Below, piece by piece: positions 1 to 8,918 of a stretch of 64,000 nt of DNA. The translations under genes were made by a program, and so were the position numbers. The stretch comes from an uncultured Acidimicrobiaceae bacterium (GTDB lineage: Bacteria > Actinomycetota > Acidimicrobiia > Spongiisociales > ZC4RG35): contig CAZZIG010000016.1 of assembly GCA_964653975.1 (NCBI GenBank), positions 3,331-67,330 of the forward strand, given 5' to 3'. The notes below the pieces were generated by a model. The model did no database searches, was not told the DNA's origin, and was given only the letters and a program-made list of their open reading frames with translations. The stretch's first letter is position 1. Each line of letters opens with the position of its first letter.

Positions 1-682
1 AGGCCACCACGGGCGCGACCTCCTCGGGTCGGCCCGGGCGGTCCATCAACTCCATCATCCTCTTCGCCCGGCCGAGGGTGGCGACGAAGTCCTGGAGTGC
101 CGGGGTCTCGACCGGACCCGGGCTGACGGAGTTGACCCGGATGCCGCGGTCTCGCCAGGCCCAGCGGTGGCGCATGGTCCAGGTGATCACGAACTCCTTG
201 GAGAAGAAGTAGCTCTCGCCGGCGTCGAGGAGGTCGTTCTCGATCGCAAACGCCTCGAGGGCCGATGGCTCGAAGGGGACCGCGTCGAACCGACGCAGTG
301 CCTCGACCCGGCGGGCCCACCCTGTCCCCGCCGACGAGGCGATGTTGACGATGGAGGCACCATCTGCCAGCGATGGGACGAGACCCTCGGTCAGCCGCTC
401 CAGACCCTTGGCGTTGAGGGCGAGAACCCTCGCCGGAGGCGCCGACGGCGGCACTCCGGCCACGTTGCACAACCCGTTAGCTCCCGGCTCGATGAGCCTG
501 ACGAGGTGGTCGATCTCGACGGGGTCGCTCAGATCGGCCTCGAAGTGGGTGTCGGCGACGGCGGCCGGCTCGAGGTCGACACCCACGACCTCGGCCCCAT
601 GGTCTTTGAGGTAGACGGCGATGGCCCGCCCGATGCCGGAGGCCACGCCGGTCACGATCACGCGTTTGCCGGTCAGGTCCAT
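1..682 (-). CDS. Short-chain dehydrogenase/reductase (SDR); C-terminal end lies beyond the window start
   Basis: Absent from the ORF track because it has no in-window stop. Reverse-strand translation from the ATG at 682-680 reads MDLTGKRVIVTGVASGIGRAIAVYLKDHGAEVVGVDL (TGxxxGxG Rossmann motif), then SYFFSKEFV (YxxxK), then NSVSPGPVETP. The frame stays open to position 1. Confidence 0.85.
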   Translation of the reverse strand, partial: MDLTGKRVIVTGVASGIGRAIAVYLKDHGAEVVGVDLEPAAVADTHFEADLSDPVEIDHLVRLIEPGANGLCNVAGVPPSAPPARVLALNAKGLERLTEGLVPSLADGASIVNIASSAGTGWARRVEALRRFDAVPFEPSALEAFAIENDLLDAGESYFFSKEFVITWTMRHRWAWRDRGIRVNSVSPGPVETPALQDFVATLGRAKRMMELMDRPGRPEEVAPVVA

Positions 683-737
683 GGAGCCGACCACGCTACC
701 GGGGTCATCCCCGGGCCGCCCTCTATCGTCCCATCCC

Positions 738-2972
738 GTGGACTCACCGACATCGCCGCTCGACCGACGTCTGGAGGATGGTCGGCTGATCACCGGTCGG
801 GGCCGCTATGTCTCCGACCTCGTCGAGCCGGGCGACCTCCACGCCCACTTCAACCGCAGCCCGATCGCCCACGGCGTGCTCGGGGAGGTCGACGTCGGGA
901 CCGCCGCCGAACAGCCCGGAGTCGCCTCGATCCTGACCGGCCACGACCTGGGCCTTCGACCCATCGGAGGCGGGCCCCACGCACCGGAGGGGAGGTTCGA
1001 GCGCCCGCTCCTCGCCCAAGGCAAGGTCCGCTACGTGGGCGAGCCGGTGGCGGTGGTGCTCGCGGAGACGAAGGTCGCTGCTGTCGACGCCGCCGACATG
1101 ATCTGGGCGGACATCGAGCCGCTCGAGGTGGTCACCGCCCCCGGTAGCGCCGCCGACTCCTCCCCGATCTTCGACGCCGGCAACGTGGTGTTCTCACACA
1201 CCGCCGGCACCGACCCCTCCGACGGTGGATTCGACGTCACCGCGAAGGTCACGGTGCGTAACCAGCGGATTGCACCGGTCGCCCTCGAGGGGCTGGCCAT
1301 CAGGGCCGAGCCGACGCAACAGGGTGGGCTGTTGGTCCACTGTGGCCATCAAGCGCCGCACCGGTTGCGCGGCCAACTCGCCGTCCAACTCGGGATCACC
1401 CCCGACCTGGTCCGTGTGGTCGTCCCCGACGTGGGCGGTGCATTTGGGATGAAGGGCATGTTCTTCCCCGAGTACGTGGTGGTGGCTGCCGCAGCGATTC
1501 GCACCGGGCGCCCGGTGGTCTGGATCGAGGAGAGACGGGAGCACTTCCAGAGCGGAACCCACGGTCGGGGTGCGACGCACACGGTGACACTCGAGGGCGA
1601 CCCGGACGGCCGGATCAGACGTGCCCGCATCGAGATCCTGGCCGACCTCGGCGCCTACCCCCACACCGGTTCGCACATACCCCATCTCTCCGCCTTCGTC
1701 GCCCAGGGGCTCTACGACATCGAGGAGGTCGTCGTCGAGTTGACCGGGGTGGTGACCAATCTCGCCCCCACCGGGTCGTATCGCGGCGCCGGACGCCCCG
1801 AGGCGGCCTTCGCCATCGAGCGGGCCGTGGACGAGTTCGCCAGGGTGGCCGGGCTCGACCCCGTCGCAGTGAGACGGAGGAACTTCGTCCCCCCCGAACG
1901 ACTTCCCTACCCCAACCAGACGGGTGCCACCTACGACAGCGGAGACTACGGGCGCGCCCTGGACATCGCCCTGGAGATGGTCGACATCGACTCAGTCCGC
2001 GCCGAACAGAAACGTCGGGACCTGGCGGGTGAGGACCCCATCGGTGTCGGCATCGGTGCCTTCGTCGAGCGGGCCGGTGGGGCCACCGGCACCGGGGAGT
2101 TCGGTCACGTCCGCATCGGTGAGGGAGGCGTCGTGGAGATCCTCACCGGGTCCACCTCGGCCGGGCAGGGGCATGAGACGGTGTGGCCGCAATTGGTGGC
2201 TCCCATGTTCGGGGTGGCACCCGGGGAGATCGACGTCGTCTCCGGTGACACCGGATCGGTGGCCGAGGGGGTGGGCACCTTCGCCAGCCGCTCGGCCCAG
2301 CTGACCGGTTCGGCCCTGGTCAGGATGGGCGGTGTCGTGGTGGAGGAGATGAAGCGGAGGGCGGCCGCCGCTCTCGAGGCCAGTATCGATGACATGGTCC
2401 TGTCTGAGGGTCGGGTTCACGTGGTCGGCGACCCGGACTCGGGTGTGCCCTTCTCCGACTTCTCCGGCTTGGAGGGCTCGGAGATGTTCGTCCCCGAGTC
2501 GCAGGCCTTTCCGTACGGGGCCCACGTGGCAGTGGTGGAGGTGTCGCTGCAGACCGGTGAGGTCGACGTTCGCAGATATGTGGCCGTGGACGACTGTGGG
2601 AACGTGATCAACCCGATGATCGTGCAGGGACAGGTGGTGGGATCGCTGGCCCAGGGTTACGGCCAGGCGATCCTCGAGGGCGTCGAATATGCCTCGAGTG
2701 GCGATCCGTTGACGACGAGTCTGATGGACTATCTGATCCCGGCGGCGATGGACACCCCGATCTTCACCCAGGGACGCACCTACAGCCCGGCGCCCTCCAA
2801 CCCGCTCGGGGTCAAAGGGACCGGCGAGGCCGGATGCATCGGAGCGCCACCGGCGATCGTCAACGCCGTCCTCGACGCGCTCCGTCCCCGGGGCGTGACC
2901 GACCTGCAGATGCCTCTGCGTCCCCATCGGGTGTGGTCGGCGATCCAGGAGGCCTCAAACGGCGGTCACTGA
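738..2972 (+). CDS. Xanthine dehydrogenase/CO dehydrogenase family molybdopterin-binding large subunit (CoxL/aldehyde oxidase-like)
   Basis: ORF 621..2972. The first 39 codons run into the divergent SDR start, so the in-frame GTG at 738 is preferred. The N-terminal LDRRLEDGRLITGRGRYVSDL and C-terminal NPLGVKGTGEAGCIGAPPAIVNAV are typical of MoCo large subunits. Confidence 0.85.
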   Translation: MDSPTSPLDRRLEDGRLITGRGRYVSDLVEPGDLHAHFNRSPIAHGVLGEVDVGTAAEQPGVASILTGHDLGLRPIGGGPHAPEGRFERPLLAQGKVRYVGEPVAVVLAETKVAAVDAADMIWADIEPLEVVTAPGSAADSSPIFDAGNVVFSHTAGTDPSDGGFDVTAKVTVRNQRIAPVALEGLAIRAEPTQQGGLLVHCGHQAPHRLRGQLAVQLGITPDLVRVVVPDVGGAFGMKGMFFPEYVVVAAAAIRTGRPVVWIEERREHFQSGTHGRGATHTVTLEGDPDGRIRRARIEILADLGAYPHTGSHIPHLSAFVAQGLYDIEEVVVELTGVVTNLAPTGSYRGAGRPEAAFAIERAVDEFARVAGLDPVAVRRRNFVPPERLPYPNQTGATYDSGDYGRALDIALEMVDIDSVRAEQKRRDLAGEDPIGVGIGAFVERAGGATGTGEFGHVRIGEGGVVEILTGSTSAGQGHETVWPQLVAPMFGVAPGEIDVVSGDTGSVAEGVGTFASRSAQLTGSALVRMGGVVVEEMKRRAAAALEASIDDMVLSEGRVHVVGDPDSGVPFSDFSGLEGSEMFVPESQAFPYGAHVAVVEVSLQTGEVDVRRYVAVDDCGNVINPMIVQGQVVGSLAQGYGQAILEGVEYASSGDPLTTSLMDYLIPAAMDTPIFTQGRTYSPAPSNPLGVKGTGEAGCIGAPPAIVNAVLDALRPRGVTDLQMPLRPHRVWSAIQEASNGGH

Positions 2973-3872
2973 CCTCATCCAGGTGGCGAGATCTTCCATG
3001 AGGGGTGTCGCTGCGCGGTCTCTCCGTGTGACCATGCCGAATTCGATCTGGGGGGTCTCGCCTCGCGGTCTCAGAGTCCGCAACGGCTCCATCGCGTGCT
3101 CCCCGGCGTAGGCCGGAGCGAAGGTGGCCAGCACACCGAGACCGGCCCGTGCGGCCAGCTTGCGGGCCTGGATGCCGTCGATCTCGATCATCGTGCGCGG
3201 ATTGCGGATCCCCGCCCTGCGCAACATCTCGTGATAGCTGATCACCTCGGCGCTCTCGATGGGCGCCACGATGAGACCGGCCCGGTTGATCTGTTCGGCA
3301 TCGACGGCGCCCCGTGAAGCCAGATGGTGCTCGGGCGCCACCAGGAACACCAGATCCGAGTGGTGGAGCGGCTCGAAGACGAGATCTGTGGGGATCTGCC
3401 AGTCGTTGACGTAGCCCAGGTCGAGCGACCCGGTCGAGACCGCCTCGACCAGATCGACGCTGTGGGCGAAACGAAGCGAGAAGCGGATCTCGGGATGGTC
3501 GCGGAGGAACGGGCCGACGATGAGGTCGAAGAAGAACTGGTGCTCGAAGGCGATGCTGGCACCGACGGCGATCCGACCCAACTCCCCGCCCCTCATCCTG
3601 GTGATCGTCTCCCCGAGTCGGTCGCCTTCGTTGAGGATCGCCTGCGCCGCCCGATAGGTCTCCTCGCCCTCCGGGGTGAGATGGATGGAGCGGTTCCGGT
3701 AGATCACCAGGACGGCCCCGAGCACCCGTTCCAGGGAGCGAACGTGGTAGGACACCGAAGGTTGCGCCATCCCCAGATGCTCTGCCGCCGCCGAATAGCC
3801 GTCCTGGTCGACGACGGCGGTGAACACCCGGAGTCGTTGCAGACTGGTGTCTCCGAGAGTACCAGCATCCAT
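2955..3872 (-). CDS. LysR-family transcriptional regulator
   Basis: N-terminal wHTH LQRLRVFTAVVDQDGYSAAAEHLGMAQPSVSYHVRSLE followed by a co-inducer domain of the expected length. Divergent from 3972..4847. The 3' end overlaps the convergent 738..2972 gene by 18 nt. Confidence 0.9.
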   Translation of the reverse strand: MDAGTLGDTSLQRLRVFTAVVDQDGYSAAAEHLGMAQPSVSYHVRSLERVLGAVLVIYRNRSIHLTPEGEETYRAAQAILNEGDRLGETITRMRGGELGRIAVGASIAFEHQFFFDLIVGPFLRDHPEIRFSLRFAHSVDLVEAVSTGSLDLGYVNDWQIPTDLVFEPLHHSDLVFLVAPEHHLASRGAVDAEQINRAGLIVAPIESAEVISYHEMLRRAGIRNPRTMIEIDGIQARKLAARAGLGVLATFAPAYAGEHAMEPLRTLRPRGETPQIEFGMVTRRDRAATPLMEDLATWMRSVTAV

Positions 3873-3971
3873 AGAGATACTCTATCGAACAATAGGCAGA
3901 GAGACCTTGCAGTCTATGAAGTGGTTTCGTAAGTTCGGGTAACGGAGTCACTACGCAGGAGGAGCGCGACG

Positions 3972-4847
3972 ATGGCCAAGTTCCGGATTCAGACCCACGG
4001 ACGTCTCCAGGAGTGGGTCGCCGAGGAGAAGGGGTACTTCGCCGCGGAGGGCCTGGACTACGGGTTCGTCGACAACACCCTCATGAACGACCGGGTCGCC
4101 TCCACGGCCCCGGTGTCTGCCGCCGACGAGTACCGCTCCGGGGCCTACGAGACCATGGAGGAGGGCAATGCCTGTGCGGTCGGCTCGGCATGCCATTGGG
4201 CGGTCAACCAGGCTGCGGCATCTTCGCACGGCAAGATGTGGGGTAACGCCTACTCGGTGACCCCGGCCGGGATCTACGTCACACCCGACTCGGGGGTCTT
4301 CAAGCCGTCCGACCTGGCCGGTGTCGAGATCGGTGTCGGCTACCACTCGGGGAGCCACTTCTCGGCCCTGGCCGCTCTGCAGAGCATCCTCGAGCCTGAG
4401 GCGATCCGCCTGGTGTACAAGGGCGGCCCCATCGATCGGCTCACCCTTCTCCTCGAGGGTTCGATCCCGGCGGCGAATCTGTTCGGCAATCCGATGTACG
4501 TGGCCGAGCAGAAAGGCTTCCGCAAGGTCGCCGACACCACGTTCATGATCGGGTTCTTCATCGAGGGCGATGCCGAGCACGAAGACGTGGAGAAGTACTT
4601 CCGCGCCTTGCAGCGGGCACAACGTGACATCGACGCCGAGCCGGAGCGCTACAAGCACTACTTCCTCAGGGAGTTGCCGGCCGAGTTCCACGACGACGTC
4701 GACGTCCAGGGTTTCGGCACCGGGGAGCGGATCGTGTTCGAGCCCTACACCCGTGAGGTGTACGAGTCGACCCGTCGCTGGATGCAGGCCAACCAGCTGT
4801 TCGACGAGACACCCGAGATGGAGTACGAGGAAGCGGTCCTCGTCTGA
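3972..4847 (+). CDS. NMT1/THI5/SsuA-like (periplasmic-binding-protein type 2 fold) protein without signal peptide
   Basis: The N-terminal QEWVAEEKGYFAAEGLDY matches the family pattern A-x-EKGYF-x-x-EGLD. There is no signal peptide or lipobox and no adjacent permease or ATPase. A GGAGG sits upstream of the ATG. Confidence 0.6.
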   Translation: MAKFRIQTHGRLQEWVAEEKGYFAAEGLDYGFVDNTLMNDRVASTAPVSAADEYRSGAYETMEEGNACAVGSACHWAVNQAAASSHGKMWGNAYSVTPAGIYVTPDSGVFKPSDLAGVEIGVGYHSGSHFSALAALQSILEPEAIRLVYKGGPIDRLTLLLEGSIPAANLFGNPMYVAEQKGFRKVADTTFMIGFFIEGDAEHEDVEKYFRALQRAQRDIDAEPERYKHYFLRELPAEFHDDVDVQGFGTGERIVFEPYTREVYESTRRWMQANQLFDETPEMEYEEAVLV

Positions 4848-4853
4848 GCCTTC

Positions 4854-4887
4854 AGCGGTAGGGCCCGACCCCCGGGGCCCTACCGCT
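4854..4887 (+). terminator. GC-rich stem-loop downstream of 3972..4847
   Basis: Perfect 13-bp stem AGCGGTAGGGCCC / GGGCCCTACCGCT with an 8-nt loop, beginning 7 nt after the stop codon. No clear U-tract. Confidence 0.5.
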
Positions 4888-4939
4888 CCTCCACTCCGAC
4901 GGCGATTGCTGACACGATTGCATACAATCGCGCCCCGAC

Positions 4940-5590
4940 GTGGCAGAGAAGACACCGTTGCCCAACGCGACCGAGAAGCTGCGCTCGGAGATACTCGACG
5001 GCACCTTCTCCCCGGGAGAACGGTTGACCGAGATGGCACTCGCAGAGAGATACTCGGTGGGCCGCGGGTCCATCCGGTCGGCCCTGGTCGAGTTGCGCGC
5101 CGAGGGTCTCGTGGAGATCGAGGCCAATCGCGGGGCGATGGTGCGGCGAATCAGCCTCGAGGAGGCGATGGAGGTGGCCGAGGCGCGCCAGGTGCTGGAG
5201 GCCTTGCTGGCGGCAAAGGCGGCCCGGAGCGATGACAGCGAGGCGAAACGATCGCTTCTCGAGATTGTCGAGGAGATGCGTGACGCCGTCGCCGCCAAGG
5301 ACAACGCCCGGTATTCGGCTCTGAACCGGGCACTGCACGCTCGCATCTGGGAGATCGGTGGACATCGTGTCGGCAACGACCTGGTGACCAACCTCCGCAA
5401 CCGCTCCGCACATCATCAATATCGGCTTGCGGTGATGCCGGGCCGGTCCGAGGAGTCACTCCAGCAACACTCTGCCATCGTCCACGCCATCGTCGCCGGA
5501 GACGCCGAAGCGGCCGCGGAGTCGATGAGCCGACACCTCGACTCCGTCATCGAGGTGCTCGGCCAATGGTCGGAGCTGGGCGCCCCCTGA
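4940..5590 (+). CDS. GntR-family transcriptional regulator (FadR/FCD-type C-terminal domain)
   Basis: GTG start. wHTH ERLTEMALAERYSVGRGSIRSALVELRAEGLVEIEANRGAMV followed by an all-helical effector domain. Confidence 0.88.
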   Translation: MAEKTPLPNATEKLRSEILDGTFSPGERLTEMALAERYSVGRGSIRSALVELRAEGLVEIEANRGAMVRRISLEEAMEVAEARQVLEALLAAKAARSDDSEAKRSLLEIVEEMRDAVAAKDNARYSALNRALHARIWEIGGHRVGNDLVTNLRNRSAHHQYRLAVMPGRSEESLQQHSAIVHAIVAGDAEAAAESMSRHLDSVIEVLGQWSELGAP

Positions 5591-5651
5591 CCAACGGCTG
5601 ATTGGGCGATGCGGTGGGGCCCTAGTCATGTGGCTGTGGTATCCATGAGGC

Positions 5652-6224
5652 ATGACCATCCAGACCCGGCCGGCCACCGACTTCGACGACGTCAAGACGA
5701 TGCTCGGCCCCAAACAGCGCCCCGATGCCAACGTGTGCTGGTGCCTGAGCTACCGCATCCCATCGAAAGAGAACCAGGCGCTGACCGGCCCGGCCCGCGG
5801 CAAGCGGGTCGAGCAACTGATCGAGGAGGGCCCGATCGGTGTGCTCGCCTACGACGACGACGAGGTGGTGGGCTGGGCCGCCGTCGCCCCGCGTGCGAAC
5901 ACCACCTTCGCACGCAACCGCAAGATCCCCCATGTCGACGATCGCGACGTATGGTCGGTGTGGTGCATCAGGGTGCGCCCCGGGCATCGGGGGAAAGGAA
6001 TCTCCCATGACCTCCTGGCCGGGGCCGTCTCTTTCGCTCGCGACCAGGGTGCGCCCATACTCGAGGGTTACCCGGTCGACAACCGAGGCGAGAAAGTCGA
6101 CCTGACGATGGCCTACGTGGGCACACGGGGGCTCTTCGAGCGGGCAGGGTTCACCAAGGTCTCCGACACCGACTCGGTGCTGAATGGGTTTCCTCGCGTC
6201 ATCATGCGACTCGACCTGAGCTGA
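5652..6224 (+). CDS. GNAT-family N-acetyltransferase
   Basis: VWCIRVRPGHRGKGISHDLLAGAVSFARDQGAPILEGYP carries the acetyl-CoA binding R-x-x-G-x-G/A motif of GNATs. Length is 190 aa. Confidence 0.8.
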   Translation: MTIQTRPATDFDDVKTMLGPKQRPDANVCWCLSYRIPSKENQALTGPARGKRVEQLIEEGPIGVLAYDDDEVVGWAAVAPRANTTFARNRKIPHVDDRDVWSVWCIRVRPGHRGKGISHDLLAGAVSFARDQGAPILEGYPVDNRGEKVDLTMAYVGTRGLFERAGFTKVSDTDSVLNGFPRVIMRLDLS

Positions 6225-6250
6225 CCACCGGGATCAGGCGCTCCCAACTC

Positions 6251-7054
6251 TCAGCTCTGAGACGGGCCGGTGGCCCCCTTCTCCTTCACCTGGCGCAACG
6301 TCTCGATGGTCGATCTGGTCATCGTCGGGTCGACGTCGAGTGACTCGAGGAAGGCACGGGCAGACTCCATCTCCACCATGCGCCGGTCGATGTGTCTCGG
6401 TGTCCCCTCGATCAGCCGCTGAATCAGCCCTTCGTCCGCCTCCGTGACGAACTCGACCAGGTGCGCCCACATCCACTCGGCGTCACCGTGAGCCGCGGCA
6501 GCCTCCAGACTCTCCATCAGGACCGCGGTGAGTCCCTTCGTCGCGACGCTGCGCAGGAGTTTGCGGGCGGCCGCGTCACCGGGACGGTCGCCGAGGACGT
6601 CCACCCGACCGCCCATCCCGTTGACGATGTCGGCGTATGCAACTGCTCCCGGACCGGACGCCAGGGACGGGGTGGTCAACCCGTTTCCGGGGACTGTCCC
6701 CATCAGGGCAACGTCGACGAAGCGGAGGCCCCGTAGTGACGCCGTGTCGGCGAGATCCTCCTTGAAAGCGGGTGGAGCGGTGGAGAGGTCGGCATAGATC
6801 GTTCCCCGTCTCATCTCCCCCCAGGCCTGTGCGATGGCGCGCTGGGCGTCGCTCGCCGCGGTGACAGCCATGACGAGACGGGTGCCCTTCACCGAGGGCC
6901 CGGGGTCGTCGTGACGGGCCACTCCGTCCGGGGTTGGCACCTCCGCCGGGTCGTATCCGTGGACTTCGGCCCCGGCCCGCGAAAGATCGGCCGCGATCAG
7001 CGACCCGGCCTCTCCGAGCCCGAAGACGGTGACCCGGATCGGCTCAGACGTCAT
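6251..7054 (-). CDS. NAD(P)-dependent oxidoreductase, 6-phosphogluconate/beta-hydroxyacid dehydrogenase-like fold
   Basis: ORF 6251..7162 trimmed to the ATG at 7054-7052: [24 protein letters not shown] (GxGxxG at the extreme N-terminus). The codons upstream overlap ligK. The C-terminal helical domain is [22 protein letters not shown]. The start overlaps the ligK stop by 11 nt (ATGACGTCTGA). Confidence 0.75.
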   Translation of the reverse strand: MTSEPIRVTVFGLGEAGSLIAADLSRAGAEVHGYDPAEVPTPDGVARHDDPGPSVKGTRLVMAVTAASDAQRAIAQAWGEMRRGTIYADLSTAPPAFKEDLADTASLRGLRFVDVALMGTVPGNGLTTPSLASGPGAVAYADIVNGMGGRVDVLGDRPGDAAARKLLRSVATKGLTAVLMESLEAAAAHGDAEWMWAHLVEFVTEADEGLIQRLIEGTPRHIDRRMVEMESARAFLESLDVDPTMTRSTIETLRQVKEKGATGPSQS

Positions 7055-7739
7055 CGGGCGTGTCCACCCAACGCGTGCCCAGGTCCTCCAACCTGGCGCG
7101 GAGCCCGTAGAAGTCCATGCCCAGCTCACCGGTGGATAGCCGTCGGCGGGTCTCCTCCTCATTGGCGAGCCGTTCCCCGGCCGCGGTGAGCACCTCCGGC
7201 GCTCGTTCCCGTGGCACCACCATCACACCGTCGTCATCGGCGACGACGACGTCTCCGGGGGACACGAGTGCCCCCTGGCAGACGACCGGCACGTTGACCG
7301 AGCCGGGGGTGGCCTTCACCGTGCCCTGGGCGTGGACCGCCGTCGACCACACCGGGAAGGCCATCTCCCTCAATTCGGCCACGTCGCGCACCCCGGCGTC
7401 CATGACCAGCCCGACGCAGCCGGCATGGAGCAACGAGGTCGCCAGAAGCTCGCCGAACATGCCGTCGCCAGACGGCGATGTGGTGGCAACGACCAACACG
7501 TCCCCCGTCTGGACCACCTCCACCGCGGCATGGATCATCATGTTGTCGCTCGGCGGGGCGAGCACGGTCACCGCCGATCCGGCGATGCGGGCACCATCCT
7601 GGATCGGTCGCATCGCGGCGCCCATCAGCCCGATGCGCCCGGCAGCTTCGTGGGCCGTGGCCACGCCCGCGGCACCGAGACCGTCGATGACCTCCCGCGC
7701 GGCCCGCTCGATGTTGCGCACGACGACCGGGCCGGTCAT
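7044..7739 (-). CDS. ligK: 4-carboxy-4-hydroxy-2-oxoadipate (CHA/HMG) aldolase / oxaloacetate decarboxylase, RraA-like fold
   Basis: 231 aa. [41 protein letters not shown] and [18 protein letters not shown] match class II LigK/GalC/ProA aldolases. Sits in an operon with the other 4,5-cleavage genes. Confidence 0.85.
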   Translation of the reverse strand: MTGPVVVRNIERAAREVIDGLGAAGVATAHEAAGRIGLMGAAMRPIQDGARIAGSAVTVLAPPSDNMMIHAAVEVVQTGDVLVVATTSPSGDGMFGELLATSLLHAGCVGLVMDAGVRDVAELREMAFPVWSTAVHAQGTVKATPGSVNVPVVCQGALVSPGDVVVADDDGVMVVPRERAPEVLTAAGERLANEEETRRRLSTGELGMDFYGLRARLEDLGTRWVDTPDDV

Positions 7740-8464
7740 GACAGTTCCGAGGCCACCTGGGGGTAGACCCTCTGGTAGGCCTCACCCATCGTCTCCGTCG
7801 CCAGCCCGAGATTGGGCCCCGAGTTGCGCTTGGCCTGGACGCCCCGCCGTCTCGCCACATCGGTGTAGTAGTCCCAGAGATGGGCCTGGCCCTCAATGCA
7901 GTGCATCGCCTCCAGTTTCGTGTCCCACACCTCGGTGATGTCGAGCAGCACGTCGGGCATGAAATCCGAATACTCGGTCTGGTGGGGCTCGAAGAGGAAG
8001 ACCGGGGGAGCACCGAGGGGGTCTCCCTCACCTGCGTAGCCCGGGGCCTGGGCGATGATCCGCCCCTGGAGTGCGAGCCGGTGGGCGGCTTCGTGGTCTT
8101 TGTTCCACGGGTCGCTCTCGGTATGGGTGAGGACGACGGTGGGCCGGGTCTTCCGGTAGATGGCGGCGACTCGGTCCAACAACTCCGGGGTTTCCACGAG
8201 CGGGTAGTCGTTGGCGTCGAGAAAGTGGATCTCGGCGCCGAGCACGGATGCGGCCTTCTCGGCTTCGTCGCGCCGGGCCGTCTTGACCTCCTCCAGACTC
8301 ATCCCCATACGCCAGTAGCGCGCCGACTCTCCCCGTTCGCCGTAGGCGAGACACACGATGTTGACGTGGTGGCCGCGGCGGGCGTAGAGGGCGATGGCGC
8401 CACCGGCTCGCCACACGAAGTCGCCGACGTGGGCGCTGACGACGAGGAGCGACTCATCGGGCAT
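7736..8464 (-). CDS. galB: PIG-L/LmbE-fold protein, GalB-type 4-oxalomesaconate hydratase candidate
   Basis: [22 protein letters not shown] at the N-terminus and [17 protein letters not shown] (metal-binding D/H cluster) are typical of the LmbE/PIG-L fold. The stop overlaps the ligK start (ATGA). The context is identical to gallate-pathway GalB, which belongs to this fold. Confidence 0.7.
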   Translation of the reverse strand: MPDESLLVVSAHVGDFVWRAGGAIALYARRGHHVNIVCLAYGERGESARYWRMGMSLEEVKTARRDEAEKAASVLGAEIHFLDANDYPLVETPELLDRVAAIYRKTRPTVVLTHTESDPWNKDHEAAHRLALQGRIIAQAPGYAGEGDPLGAPPVFLFEPHQTEYSDFMPDVLLDITEVWDTKLEAMHCIEGQAHLWDYYTDVARRRGVQAKRNSGPNLGLATETMGEAYQRVYPQVASELS

Positions 8465-8493
8465 ATCCTCACCCTATCGAAACCAATCCGCGA

Positions 8494-8537
8494 TTGTCTA
8501 CAATATTGTTGACATCTGGCGGGGTGGCTTGTCTACA
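8494..8537. promoter_or_regulatory. Operator-like 20-bp palindrome plus repeated 9-mer in the divergent galB-like/ligA control region
   Basis: 8495-8514 is TGTCTACAATATTGTTGACA, with 9 of 10 positions self-complementary and a perfect ACAATATTGT core. The 9-mer TTGTCTACA recurs at 8494-8502 and 8529-8537, 35 bp apart. It lies in the 88-bp gap between start codons at 8464 (minus) and 8553 (plus). Confidence 0.5.
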
Positions 8538-8552
8538 TTGAGGATTCCGCAC

Positions 8553-8918
8553 ATGGCCAGAGCCCAAAAGGACTACGACGCGATTCCCGGCACCTACGTG
8601 TTCGACGGAGAGCGCCACCGCATGGGATACAAGCTCAACATGATGTGCATGAGTCTCAACAAAGCCGCGAACCGCGAGGAGTTCAAGACCGACGAGGCGG
8701 CCTATTGCGACAAGCACGGGGTCTCTCCCGAGCAGAAACGGGCGGTGCTCGATCGCGACTGGCTGGAGATGCTCCGTCTCGGGGGGAACATCTACTACAT
8801 CTACAAGATCGCCATCATCGACGGCGTCTCCTTCCAGCACGTCGGAGGGGTCATGTCCGGGATGACCGAGGAGGAATTCAGGCAGATGATGATGGACGGA
8901 GGTCGCAGCAGTGGCTGA
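8553..8918 (+). CDS. ligA: Protocatechuate 4,5-dioxygenase alpha subunit
   Basis: ORF 8394..8918 trimmed to the ATG at 8553 (GAGGA 9 nt upstream). MARAQKDYDAIPGTYVFDGERHRMGYKLNMMCMSLNKAANREEFKTDEAAYCDKHGVSPEQKRAVLDRDWLEMLRLGGNIYY is the LigA small-subunit pattern. Confidence 0.9.
   Translation: MARAQKDYDAIPGTYVFDGERHRMGYKLNMMCMSLNKAANREEFKTDEAAYCDKHGVSPEQKRAVLDRDWLEMLRLGGNIYYIYKIAIIDGVSFQHVGGVMSGMTEEEFRQMMMDGGRSSG

Noticed and set aside
621-737. Upstream extension of the molybdopterin-subunit ORF, and similar 5' extensions of ORFs at 8394, 11557, 27643, 28972, 30688, 31659, 32746, 34315, 37166, 42764, 51961, 6251..7162, 36387..37184, 51556..52005 and 58893..60611
   Set aside because: The extensions overlap neighbouring genes or encode Arg/Pro-rich junk. 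Conserved N-terminal motifs, signal peptides or SD sequences identify internal starts.
3882-3895. Dyad CTAT-N6-ATAG in the LysR-divergent promoter, considered as a LysR T-N11-A box
   Set aside because: The arms are only 4 bp and the spacing does not fit T-N11-A cleanly. It is too short to be meaningful without comparative data.
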